A DNA stretch of 64,000 bases, from the NCBI RefSeq assembly GCF_022045235.1, contig NW_027266297.1, forward strand, positions 20,646,001-20,710,000, given 5' to 3'. The stretch comes from Haliotis cracherodii (Eukaryota). A program made the translations under genes and the position numbers. The notes beneath the pieces were generated by a model. That model did not search any database and was not told where the DNA came from. It saw nothing but the letters and a program-made list of their open reading frames with translations. Positions 1 through 12,000 of this stretch are shown here, one piece after another (the stretch's first letter is position 1; each line of letters opens with the position of its first letter).

Positions 1-99
1 CTAAAGCTACATTGTAGTACATGTACAGTAGGACAGTGCAACCATGTATGTTGCTTCCAGTCCATTTGTCGTGCAAGCTATACTGTTCTTCATATACAG

Positions 100-411
100 G
101 TATTATCTACTGCAAAGTGTAAGCGTTGCGGAGAGATGAATTTTCCTCACACAACTGAGCGTCTGGTGCAGGATATCCGTGATCAAGTGAGCAGGAGCAG
201 GAGCGGAGGTCTCTGCTACAATCCCTCTTACAGACCAGACGATCATTCCTACAGCTCTGGAAGCGACAGTGAACACCACTACGACGACATCTATGAGGAT
301 CGTCAACAACCGAAACACAAGAAGAAGCTCGATAGACGCAACGATGGCGACGAATGTCATCAACCACGGAAAAGAAGGGCCAAGAGAAACAAAGATTACA
401 ATTACGATTAA
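100..411 (+). CDS. Last exon of a ZAR1-like (zf-3CxxC) paralog A; upstream exon lies outside the window; C-terminal half of the finger replaced by a charged low-complexity tail
   Basis: Acceptor ...cttcatatacag|GTA at 99/100. Reads VLSTAKCKRCGEMNFPHTTERL..., aligning with exon 2 of the 4949-9234 gene (VVYRQGCKTCGTSSFPYQTDYL). Stop at 411. Confidence 0.7.
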   Translation, partial: VLSTAKCKRCGEMNFPHTTERLVQDIRDQVSRSRSGGLCYNPSYRPDDHSYSSGSDSEHHYDDIYEDRQQPKHKKKLDRRNDGDECHQPRKRRAKRNKDYNYD

Positions 412-1619
412 CACCGGATGTGGTGATGTGCACGGACCTTACTCTTTAAGGTTTAAAAATAGATTTATCGTAAAAATAAAACAAAACTGTTTCAAGTTTT
501 ACCCCGTAGTATGTGCCCAGTTCAGATGCATTTTACAAAGTAATATATATAACCTAACTCCAGACTGTAATAAATAAAAATATTAAAAAATAAAAATTAA
601 AAATTAAATAAAACATAGCTTGCCACAAAAATTACACTGCTTTGAAAAAGTTCAGGCGAAAAATATCTGGTTTTGTAGCTGTAGCTGAAAAAGATCTATT
701 CTCGATACAAAATCCCGGCCGCCGCACCCCAAAATATGAAATGGTCGGACCCTTAAGGCCCTTTTCTCCATATGTCTCCCCCTCTCTCTTCACCTGTCGC
801 TCTATCACACTGGGATAAAATGCATGCGGCAGCGGGGGAGAGAAGGGGTGTTATATTTCAGTTTCGGCGTCAAGACAACGTGACATTCCTCACTTCCGCC
901 TTGGTTAGTGTCACGTTCTTCATTTCTAGGCAACAAGGAGATAATTATGTGTCAGTGTTAGGTATATATTGACTTTGTAACGTGTTTCATGACTGATATT
1001 TATAGCAGCAGAAGAAGTGAGGTTTGTTTAGTTTGCCGGTGTAAAACAAAATTCGTTTATGATATTTGCCTGTCAATTACGTTTTGTAGTATTGTGTAAA
1101 TAAACTTAAAATTCCACTGAAAAATCATTATATGCTATTTTGAACCTGTATCATTTATGTCATTTGTTGTTTACTTTTGTTATTGTACCTGTCAACACGG
1201 ATCGCAAAATGACCAGGAAAGGAGCCTTTATTGAAGTGTAGGAAACCGTACTACAAGATTAGTAAATATACTAATACAGTTAGTAAAGTATGAGAAGAAG
1301 ATCTATTAAATTAGTATAATTCACTACCTCAATCAGTATTTCAGAAAGTATGACAGTAATCTCAAGTAACTGATCAGTAAATTGTTTTATTCTACGATAG
1401 GCCATATAAGCCACATAACCGTGTCATCTGTACATCAACTATCATTTATATATCATTCATCCATATATAGCTCCACGTTTATACAAATCCCGTCATTTAA
1501 TGATTTTCTCATCATATAACAAGCCACATGGTAAATGATTCTAATGTTAAGTAATGAACAATAATTTTACACCTCCACAGACATAATCTCAAAGCAGTTG
1601 AACAGGAAACTATAAAACT

Positions 1620-2025
1620 TACACTCACACTTACACTTAAAGTCACACTCACACTTACACTCATATCACACTCACACTTACACCTACACTTACACTCATA
1701 TCACACTCACACTTACACTTACACTTAAACTCACACTCATATCACACTCACACTTAAACTCACACTTACACTCATATCACACTCACACTTATATCACACT
1801 CACACTTACACTCATATCACACTCACACTTACACCCACACTTACACTTACACTAACACTCACATTTACACTTAAACTCACACTTACACTCATATCACACT
1901 CCCACTTACACTTTTATTACACACACACTTACACTTACACTCATATCACACTCACACTTACACCCACACTTACACTCATATCACACTCACACTTACACTT
2001 ACACTTAAACTCACACTCACACACA
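1620..2025. repeat. (ACACTC/ACACTT)n compound microsatellite
   Basis: Directly visible hexamer-based repeats with interspersed ATATC variants. Confidence 0.95.
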
Positions 2026-3277
2026 TCTGGTCTTCTGAAAATTTACTAAAGCCCGTCCTGGAACTTGAGTGTGTGTGTGAGTTAAAAATTCACATCGGCA
2101 ACATTTCAGCCATATCATGACAATCAAAGGTTAAACATAATAAATACCGTAACACAACCTACCAACGAAGGGCAGTAAAATAACTACACGTATCACAGAA
2201 ATGGATCATAAACAAATATAGTACTGTACATAACATTAATATGATGAAAACGGGCTATAGATCGCCACCCACTGTAGGTAGATCACCAAACTGGGTACCA
2301 TGGGGACTTACAGTACCTTTGCTACCTGCATCCTGGAACTTCGAAATGAGTGGGACTAAAGTTTGATCATTACCAAGACGGATTCAAGTTTTTCTGCTGC
2401 TAAACATGACAAAAGTTCAAACTATCGTTTGATTTGAATGGTATGGGGTATGAAAACTGTGTGACTGTGACAGTCACAATGCCCTCCAACCACAGATCAT
2501 GTTTATATAATAATAGATATTACCTCAGTTACCATTCAAGACAGACACGGTACATCAGATTGACTTTTGTTTACCGTTGTTAAGCTACAGCAAAAATATA
2601 CATTGATCTCTTCAACACACAGGCACTACCCTCAAATATGTATTCACCAAGCTTGCATCTTCCCGAGGCAAGAGAGTTAACTTACTATAAAAGTCCAGTT
2701 TCCACCATTGTCGACATATGCTGGTATTATGGAGTTACATTTTGGCTGGACTAACGAGTCTATGTATAGTCCAATCAAAATCGCGCACCGAAATCGAATC
2801 CGGTTCGTAAACTGTCGTGCAGATTTCGATCGATTGCAGGATTTGCAAAGCATGTGCACCGCCAACTCGTTGTCAGCAGATATTTTCCAAATCTGTTCAT
2901 GTTTTTAATCAAGGTGCTCACGTCAATGATGCATTTCGCGATGAAAGACCCGTTTTATCACAATATAGATCCTGATTATCGATCAGATCGTCTTGACTGA
3001 AGCAAACGCAAGCGATACGAGAGGTGGAACCTGATTGGTAGGCTTAGAAGGGACATAACTGGTAATAGCCAGCGGTGGCGCTACGATCTAGCCCAGTAAT
3101 TCCAGCTTAGTTCGGCAAGGGTGGAAACTAGTTAACTCTCTTGCCTCGCGAAGGTGCCAAGCTTGGATACGGTCTATTTATTAACCGTTACGTGGCTCGG
3201 AGGAAGTACTATAAAGGTGTAGCGTATTCTGTGTCCGGTGTCCGTGAGTGTTCTGCATCTCGAAGGACGTGTCCATC

Positions 3278-3886
3278 ATGACGAGACAACCGAGGTTGGA
3301 AAAGGTTCTTGGGAAGTTCAGGTGCAAGATTTGTGCCAACTGCTGGGAAGATTCTGTGTTCCGCGTGGAGGGGAACAACTCGGGTGGGTCAAGTCGCATT
3401 CTATTCAAATCATGAATACACAATGGGCCCGTTCTCATATGCATACGAGTACAATGTAGATACAGATTTAAGACGGCCACATACGAAATGACTATATGAA
3501 ATTTAATTGAGTGAGTGAGTGTCAAGTATAGTTTAAAAGCAACATACTTTCAACGATGTCCTTTAAATCGGTTTACCATTCAAACAAATTTGGGTTATGC
3601 TTTCAAGGTACGACTGGGAAAAGAGTGTACAGTGTGTGACGAGATAACTCTACCCTACTTCACTAAGAGGTCGGAGGCTGACTTTGATGACCAACGCCGC
3701 TTCCACGGCGGTCAGAAACCTTACCAAGGCGGAGGTCACGTCCAAGGCGGCTACAGGGTCGACCATCACGTTGGACTCGGGGTTTCCTGGAATAAGAGTG
3801 TCCGACACTTTTCACACCGGAATTGGGATCCTGTGTCAACCACATTTTCACTACAGAAAGATGGAGAAAGAATAATTGACGGATAA
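3278..3886 (+). pseudogene. ZAR1-like paralog B, two exons (3278-3383, 3608-3886), with an apparent 1-nt frameshift (pseudogene or homopolymer error)
   Basis: TATAAA at about 3210. Exon 1 MTRQPRLEKVLGKFRCKICANCWEDSVFRVEG matches PTLERVYGWFHCKNCRRGWESSHVYCIEG. Donor GTGGGT at 3384; acceptor ttcaag|GTA at 3607/3608; exon 2 VRLGKECTVCDEITLPYFTKR. Donor is phase 1 and acceptor phase 0; removing one G from GGGG 3370-3373 gives EGTTR|VRLG in frame. Confidence 0.7.
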
Positions 3887-4782
3887 ACTTCCCTCAGTAC
3901 CTTTACTAGAATACATGTATACCACCAGGTCTATTAACAAACAAATGTAATATGTAACCACACTCGGTTATGGTGACTAGGAAAATTGACGACAACAGTC
4001 CGTAGCACAGGTGCTGCAAATAAAAAGGTTACAGGTTCGAATCTTCACGACTTTTCAACATATTTGTGTGCATAAATGTGTTATTGTTGTATGGCTAGTA
4101 GTATTTCTCTCACACAGGAAGGTGACAATGAAAGTATATCTGTTTACTAGGATAGAGCCTTAACCTTTTTTCGTTACCATCACCCACTCATTCCCAAATT
4201 AATTGTCCCAAATTTTGATTAATTTTTACCCTGTGTGGTATAGTTGTTTAGTTGAAATCCAAAGAATATCAAAATGGTGTAAATTTTAACGGAAGAGTTG
4301 TCTTTCCCTGCCTAATGGCTGAGGCAATTATTGGTGACGAGTTTTAAGTCGTTTTCAGCTTACTGATGTAAACGTCTTGTACATTTTGAAAATAAACTGA
4401 TGGAAAAAACCTTTATTTATCATGTTTTCCTTGGTAAAATTGGCCACCAGTAGCCATGGCACTTTGAATGTCAGCGTACTCCAAAGATGTGGGGCGTTGC
4501 TCTTAATATCAACCACCAGTTTGACTGTTCCAGACTCGAATACAGGCCGCAGTGTTGTAAAGTAAATATCGCAGACTGCTGTGTAAAACAACAGAGAAAC
4601 AAACCTGCTTCATATAGAGGCAATCATACATTTTAACGGCACAAGCTTTTACGTCACTTCATTCAAATAAACGCATGCTACAAGTCATTTATCTTGACTT
4701 GTGCATTCAACCAAAACATAACACGTCATAATGCTCCTCATTGACAAGACAAAGCGCGAAACAGCACGAGCAGCAACATGTG

Positions 4783-4878
4783 GTCACATGACAGCCAAAA
4801 AAACGGTTACACTAGTCATATGACAACCAATCATTATCTGTTATCTCGCTTCCGGGAAAGCTGAGCGCTTTCCCAGAA
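4783..4878 (+). promoter_or_regulatory. Putative promoter of ZAR1-like paralog C: E-box palindromes, CCAAT and two GAS (STAT) consensus sites
   Basis: GTCACATGAC 4783-4792, GTCATATGAC 4815-4824, CCAAT about 4827, TTCCGGGAA 4850-4858, TTCCCAGAA 4870-4878; all 70-170 nt upstream of ATG 4949. Confidence 0.45.
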
Positions 4879-4948
4879 AACCTACACGCAAAACAGAAAC
4901 AACAGTTGGTGTGCATGGTATCACGAGAGTGCAGTGAGTCAGCTAGCG

Positions 4949-7900
4949 ATGTCGAAACGGCGAGGGGGGCGACGACGCCCGACATTGGAACGCGTGTACG
5001 GGTGGTTTCATTGTAAAAACTGCAGACGAGGCTGGGAGAGTTCTCATGTATACTGTATAGAGGGGACTTTGAAGGTACGTGTTGATCTATGTATCTACCG
5101 ACATGTCTATGTATTTATTGACAACTGTGTTCATGAACGGGATGTGCAGATTTAAAGCTATTTGTTAACACACTCTTTTTGATAATGACACTTATACATA
5201 GAGAGGTGTCACAGTGACCTTCGTTATCAGCTTTCTGCATTCGCATTATGCACCATTAAAGGTACATTCTCGTGTTTTTAAAAATAATTCTTGTTATATT
5301 CTATATAGGAGAATAAATCCCGGAATATGACATTATAGTCCTGTCCTGGCCTGTCCTGTGTAGGATAAAATAGATTTATCATAACAATTTGACTAGAATC
5401 TGCCTCCTACACGGCACACCCACGTGGATCTGCAACAACTACCTGCCAAGAATCAGGCTGTGTAAGAATAAATTCACTGTCACACCTAGGCTTGTGAGTT
5501 CCAGAACAGGTGGCCCAGTCGTCTAAAACGCCGCAATTCGCTGCCACTGGGCACGCCAGAAACCTAGGATTGTGAGTTCCAGAACAGGTGGCCCAGTCGT
5601 CTAAAACGCCGCAATTCGCTGCCACTGGGCACGCCAGAAACCTAGGATTGTGAGTTCCAGAACAGGTGGCCCAGTCGTCTAAAACGCCGCAATTCGCTGC
5701 CCCTAGGCACGCCAGAAACCAAGGATTGTGGGTTCCAGAACAGGTGGCCCAGTCGTCTAAAACGCCGCAATTCGCTGCCACTGGGCACGCCCGATCGGAG
5801 AAACCGCATTATCGGTGGTTCGAGAAGGGAGCATACTCTGTTTGCCTAATCGAAAGTTCGAGGTTGACCCACATTTGTAACTAAACGGACTTATTGTTGA
5901 GAATATGTACTACGTAAACGAACCCGCATTACGAACTGCTATTTTGTCTATTGAAAATACGTATTATGACTTATAGTTGGATTAGAATGTACAAATGTGA
6001 TGACGATACGTATGCGCCATGTATCCCCACTAAAACGTATACTGGAAAAGGTAGAATGAGTGGTATTGCCTCTGTAAATTTAATTTGAGGCAGATCTAAG
6101 TTTCTTGCTTTGTAACTATTTTTACAATTAGTCAGCTATGATGACGTTATTCAAACTTTAAAGACTTTGTGTGCCTTTCGTGGAATTAACGTCACACTAA
6201 ATAATTTATAAAGACATTTCCCATCAATATTACAAAATGAGAATAATATATAATGTCACATACCCATTCAAAGTAATGACAAATGTGAGCCCAATAACCT
6301 CAATGACTTAGTCAACCCAATGAAGCCCAGCGATTTACAAATGTTGGCTCACCTGTTTCGATCACTATCAAACGAGAACAATGTGGGCCACATTTTAGAA
6401 AATGGTTATTAGTAAGCCAAGCTAATGAAGCTTAGCGATTTATAAATGTGGTCCCGCCTGTTACAATCACTATGACGGAAGAACGCCTACCCACTAGGCG
6501 ATATACAAATGTGGGCTAACTTGTTTCGATCACCATATATGACGGGAACAATGTGGGCCCACATTTGAGAAAATGATTATCAATATTTAAGTAGAATTTC
6601 GCGATTGATAAATGTGGTCCCTCCTGTTGCAATCAATATGACGGAAGAACGTCTGCCCACATGTAGGAATTGATTATCGTCACTAATTAAGCAACCTAAC
6701 GAATCTAGACCATATACAAATTTGGGCCCAATTGTTTCCATCACCATAGATGATGGGAACAATGTCGATCCACATTTTAGAAAATGGTTATCAGCACTAG
6801 ACCAATCTAAGAAGATGTACGGATGGAAACATAAATATATAACACATTCAAACATTTAATTAAGAATACGTTTTACCTTAGGGATAAGCTGGGCATTTAA
6901 TAGCTGGACCAACAACGAACAGCGTGACTGACGCAATTTCTCGCAAACACGAAAACAACGGAGATATCTCCCGTTTGAAATTAGAGTGACCTCCCTTTCC
7001 CAATATGAACCACTGATAATGTGGTTTCGCCTCCGAAACCTAGGATTGTGGGTTCCAGAACAGGTGGCCCAGTCGTCTAAGACGCCGCAATTCGCTGCCC
7101 CTGGGCACGCCAGAAACCTAGAATTGTGAGTTTCAGAACAGTTGGCCCAGTCGTCTATGACGCCACAATTCGCTGCCCCTAGGCACGCCAGAAACCTAGG
7201 ATTGTGGGTTCCAGAACAGGTGGCCCAGTCGTCTAAGACGCCACAATTCGCTGCCACTGGGCACGCCAGAAACCAAGGATTGTGAGTTCCAATACCGGTT
7301 TGTTCCTTTTATGTTTTTAAGTTTGTCAGCACCATATCCGTGCTGATTGTTTTCTCCAAGTGGAAAACGTCTGAGACCTGCATCACTTCAGGCCTCCTCC
7401 CACATCAAGCTGACACGCCGCGACTGGAATACTGTTATAAGAGGCGTTAAACCCAAATTACTCTCCGTAGGTCTACGCAAACGGTCAAATCCCAGCGCGG
7501 ACATAGATGAACCAATATGCGTACACATAAAACATTTATTACAACTACAGTTAGTGCATATAACTGATGACTGAGTAGGCTTGAGGTGGCTTTACCTAAA
7601 TATCTCTCTTAGTTCGAATATAAGAGAAAACTTCTGAAAATGTCTATAATTTGCAAACGTTACACTTTGTTCTGTTGTAAGTAAGAACCATGGGAGCGCT
7701 GACAGGTACCTGGCCAAATTTTCATTCACATGAATACGTATGATAACTTTCACAACGAATTCAAAGACTGTCCAAACTAGGGCTGGGACGAGTCCAAATT
7801 TACTACTCGGGTACCTATCCCCCCATTACCTGACCCTACCCGGGTACCCACTGTATACGTAGGTCTCAAGAGATACAAAATGTCCGATACGGAAATTGTT

Positions 7901-9234
7901 TTTTCCACAGCAATTGCAAAACATATTTAGATACATGTATAAAACGATCTGGTTATGCATACACTGAAGTTGACTTAAGTTATATCTTTATTCAACCATA
8001 TGAAAAATCAGAAGGAATGGGTGCATGGTCAGAAAGAAATGCGAACATTAGTGACTTGTAGTGTAACCATAGAGGTTTTTTTTTAAGCTAACCGCGGGTC
8101 CGGGTAGTCCTGTGGGTACCCGGGTCCTACTCAGTACACATCCGACCCGAGTACCCGAGTTACCCGTCCCAGCCCCATCATGGATACATGCAAGCAGACA
8201 GGAACTATTCTCTGACAAAATCTGGCAACAGTCGCAAACTTTAAAAACTTTTCAAATTGTATCCGTGTGTGTTGTCAAAATAAAGTGAATACCCAATTTC
8301 TGTTTAGAACGGAATAACACGTCTTCGGTGTCATGTTATGCGAACTGCATGCGGCAGTAAGACATGTTTGGTCGCACTGATAATCATTGCATGAATACAT
8401 CACATGACGTTGGTCAACACTGTAAAAGTGTTTACATCTTAAAAGACAACCCTAAACAGGTTCCTTGACCCATACATTTGACATGATTAGGATTAGGATT
8501 AGGTGTTTGGGGTCTGAAAATGTGAAAGAACATGTCTGCCACAAAGATGACACTATGAATACACAGTGCCTTTCAGAAAGTGGTCAAATGGAACAAATGT
8601 TATATACACCCTCACACCCTGGGTTCGACTCCCAGATGTGACTTAAATAAAAAGAGCTCGAATTTGTACTTCACTGAGATAGTGTTATCCCAAATATAAC
8701 ATTTGTTAAAAATGACATTGTTGGAAGCTGTTGTTCTTTAAAACATATTCCAACTCACAGTTTTAATAACAAACATATTTGGTTTTGCAGCTGTAACTGA
8801 AAAAAATATTGAATCTCAAGACAAAATCTCTGTACCCCCGTGATATCACTGAAATACCGTTCACAGCGTTAAACCAAACTCACTCACGTCCAAGTGATGT
8901 AGATTATTTTTAAATGATATTAAAGTTATGAAATATATCCCGACATTCTCCATTGTTGCAGGTTGTTTATCGTCAAGGATGTAAGACATGTGGCACCTCT
9001 AGTTTCCCATACCAGACGGACTACCTCATCTGTTCCGAGTGTGGGGAACAACAGTGCCAATGTGCATTGATATACGACTCCTACGACGACGATGATGACG
9101 CATACGACTCTGACGACGATGGAGACTTACGAACATCCCGGAACGGCCGAGATCGCCATGTTGATGCAAAGAAGCCACATCTTACACATCTCTGTCAGAA
9201 GTGTCAGGCAGGATACTTGTGTGCAAGGGCGTAG
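4949..9234 (+). CDS. ZAR1-like: ZAR1-like zinc-finger (zf-3CxxC) protein, paralog C; exons 4949-5074 and 8962-9234; 132 aa, finger domain only
   Basis: Donor AAG|GTACGT at 5074/5075, acceptor ttgttgcag|GTT at 8961/8962, phase 0. Spliced protein ...YGWFHCKNCRRGWESSHVYCIEGTLK|VVYRQGCKTC...FPY...ICSECGEQQCQC...RHVDAKKPHLTHLCQKCQAGYLC follows the ZAR1 C-terminal pattern (YGYYHCKDC..WESAYVWCVQGTNKVYFKQFCRTC...CQSC...CSC...RHVDPKRPHRQDLCGRC). AATAAA at 9349-9354. Confidence 0.9.
5485..5791 (+). repeat. 78-bp minisatellite (about 4 units) made of a tRNA-like SINE head
   Basis: Units start at 5485, 5563, 5641, 5719; each has an A-box-like GGTGGCCCAGTCG and a B-box-like G(A/G)GTTCCA. Confidence 0.9.
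6280..6810. repeat. Degenerate tandem repeat region in the intron
   Basis: Recurring ACAATGTGGGCCCACATTTTAGAAAATGGTTAT and AAATGTGG(T/G)C..CCTGTT motifs near 6377, 6547 and 6759. Confidence 0.7.
7035..7465 (+). mobile_element. tRNA-derived SINE (family S2) whose head is tandemly triplicated (78-bp units 7039, 7117, 7195, 7273)
   Basis: Last unit runs into the body ...GTTTGTCAGCACCATATCCGTG...GAGACCTGCATCACTT...CCTCCCACATCAAGCTGACACG...GGCGTTAAACCCAA, shared with the copy at 21717-21984. Confidence 0.8.
7778..8177. mobile_element. Non-autonomous DNA transposon (hAT-like MITE)
   Basis: Terminal inverted repeats TAGGGCTGGGACG ... CGTCCCAGCCCCA (1 mismatch); subterminal ACCCGGGTAC/CGAGTACCCG motifs; no TSD visible. 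Confidence 0.7.
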
Positions 9235-10358
9235 GGCGGGGTCGCAGTGTCTAGCACGACTTTTGACCTTGACCTTTATTGTCCGTTGACAGCAAACGCT
9301 ATATCTGGGCCGTATGAACGAATATGATTTGGGTTATCAGATGGATGAAATAAATGATTTGTTTGTACGTTTTATTGCCTTTTTCCTTGGTGACTTACAG
9401 AGATATTTCAATTGATGATCTTAAAAAAAAGTCCCTTCATTAAAATTAACTGGCTGGAAGACTATTGAAAATTCATTTAATAATCATAGACAGATTTTAC
9501 TTTGATGACGAGAAGCTAATTCACACCAAGTCTGTTATTGAAATGTACAATATTGTACATAAGTATAAACAATTTTGCTAACTTAAATATTTTCGAAGGT
9601 ATGTACCTTGATACGTTATATTACGTTTCCTTAAGAGCCAAGATGTATTCCCTTGAACAGTATTTATTATAAGATTATTAGTTTCCCTTTGACATTCTAG
9701 CGATTATTTTCATAATATTCTGTACGCTAGTTTTTTTGGTTAATTTACAAAAATGTGTTTTGTATAACGCAGCTTGAAACAGTATTTAAGTTATTTTATG
9801 GTGTCTCAGTTTTATGTGAGATGAAAACCAAAGTGATGCATGTCTCAGATGTTGACAAATAAGTAAACACTCGATCACGGGGATATGACGTCGGCAAACC
9901 AAACACCAACTAAAACTTACGACCACAGGACTCCTATTCGGTGAAGTAATAGTATGATGTACACACAAGCTGCTTCTAACTAATAAACATAAGTCGCATC
10001 AAATAAACAGAGGGTGCCCTAAAAAATATCGTCCACCTCTCGCGCAAACACATGCACAGAAACACATTACCTACCCCGAACTAAACACTAATACCGTTAT
10101 ATTATCGACATGCACCTGAATCTTATAAGGATAGCCCTCATCCAGTTTGATAGAATTAACTTGACACTCACCAATATCACACTCTTTGACGTTTAAGCGT
10201 TAACAAAAGACAGATATTTCAAAATAAGAATATAATTTTATTATGATATAAGAATCCCCGGAAGATGTTGAAGTGTACCAAAATAATACATTATAAAGTG
10301 TTATACATCATGGTATGTTATCCACATATTATATGCAAGTTACCGCCAGTGATGTGAT

Positions 10359-10963
10359 GCTGATATCTCAACTCGCGTGTTGCCATGGTTAATAGGGCGA
10401 GTGATTGATTCCAGGTTGTCGTACACGGCCATACTGATGGAGTTGCCTTGTGTAGGCGACGTCACAACGACGTGGATTGCTCCCGAAGGAGGCGTCAACA
10501 TAAACACGGGACGTTGGGAGGAGGAGACGGTGAGATCAGTCAGGCTCTCGCTGTTAGGTAGCGTATCCATGAAGGTTGCCCCTTACACCCACTGAAAGTG
10601 ACTCCTACCGCCTCGAAGCATGTTTTTTCCCCCGCGAGATAGTCGTAGCCTAGGTCGTAGCAAGCAGCAAGACGTCACATGGTCCTTCCACAAAGGTCGT
10701 TGAACGACCCCAAGGAGATGATGTTTACTTTGGAAAGCACTCGAACACTTCTGATTGGCCTATTGTTTTTCTTTGCGATCTGATGGCGTGGTTGAACCAT
10801 TTTATATAACCATACGCGCAGGTATGGTGCTAAGGTTGTTCCAATTTGTACCATGGTTTAAGTCCACCACTTTGACTTAGGCGTTTTCCAGAGCGCAGGT
10901 GGAGCCACTGACGATGGTGTTGAAGCGGAGAAGAGGTACGCCATACACGTATTTGCCGACCCT
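10359..10963 (-). pseudogene. Degenerate M4 protease copy (3' part), internally deleted and 5'-truncated
   Basis: Nucleotide homology to 18570-19670 (e.g. [43 protein letters not shown]); frameshifts; TAC>TAA stop at about 10878; about 500 bp including HELAH missing at about 10800. Confidence 0.9.
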
Positions 10964-10964
10964 C

Positions 10965-11800
10965 TCGTTGCAGACGGACTATTGGTGAGGCTGTGGACGC
11001 GGCTATGAATGTAAGGACGGAGACGCTGAGATACCTGTGTAACCAAGGACGGGGTTCCCCTACTACATCAGACTACCACCACCAAATAGTCCACTCTCTG
11101 TATGCAGTTTCGTGCATAACGTTGCTTGCCACGCCTGTAAACACGACTTCTACCATCCACACGGCGAAGCATAAAACGTGACTCGTCAGTAAGCCAAACT
11201 TGTCACCATCACAGTTGTGGCCATACTCTGTGACCTTGACACCATTGTCGTCGCAGCAGACGATGCAGGCTCATCAAAATGACACCTCGAACTGGTCGTC
11301 TAGCACGAATACCTACAGCGCTTAAACGGTTCCTCACTATCTGGGCTGATATCATGCGCAGTCGTGGGCCCACTTGCACAAAACGACCTTAGCGCTGCGA
11401 CTATTGTCAGCCTATGTTAAAGTATGGGCGTTACGATATCATCTGAGTGCTAAGATCGCTCTGTGCAAGTATTGCCGTAGTTGTAGCGGTGGTCATGGTG
11501 TCTTTCACGCAAGTGACGTAGCCGTAGAAATCTGTCCTGTGCTCTAGTAGTGACACGTGGTCAACCGGATCTGGCAAGGTCACGTGTTGCCCCGTGTGTC
11601 GTCTCCAAACGGTTTCACAGTAATGGTGCTTGGTGCTACGTTGAAAACCCTGGCTTCAGCTGAAGATGATTCTCCTCTTTGCAGTTGGCCTATGTCGTTG
11701 TTGCGTTCCGTAAGTCGTGGCATGTTTTCGCTGTTCACTTGCGGTAAAATTGTGATGGCATGCATATGAAAACCCAACGTTTTTAATAGCACAACAGGTG
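10965..11800 (-). mobile_element. Degenerate Tc1/mariner transposon fragment
   Basis: Minus-strand remnants MPRLTERNNDIGQLQ..ARVFNVAPSTI, RSG*PRVTTRAQDRFLRLRHLRER, DESRFMLRRVDGRSRVYRR. Confidence 0.85.
11372..11470. mobile_element. About 100-bp palindromic MITE-like element nested in the Tc1 relic
   Basis: ACTTGCACAAAACGACCTTAGCGCT ... AGTGCTAAGATCGCTCTGTGCAAGT inverted repeats; related copy at about 60815-60915 (CTATGTTAAGGTATGGGAGTTACGA core). Confidence 0.7.
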
Positions 11801-11829
11801 ATATTGTACGTACATGTCATACTGGGGTG

Positions 11830-12000
11830 TTTCGGCGCCAGGCTCTCATCTGGTTGTGTTTTTGCGATCTTTTCACCAAATTACTGCAGTACATCATCCT
11901 TTTCACACAAATCAATCCCAATCCACGCAGAAAGGACCAATTAAATTTTGGTATTAATTTAGCATGGATGTCGGCAACACTCTGTCAAACATGAACGATG
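11830..12000. repeat. Dispersed repeat shared with about 57110-57290
   Basis: GTTTCGGCGCCAGGCTCTCA...TTTTCACCAAATT.CTGCAGTAC...ACACAAATCAATCCC...ATGGATGTCGGCAACACTCTGTCA present at both sites. Confidence 0.8.

Noticed and set aside
5407-7257. Cys-rich repeat proteins (AANCGVLDDWATCSGTHNPRFLACP)n
   Set aside because: Antisense translation of a 78-bp SINE-head repeat whose length happens to be a multiple of 3.
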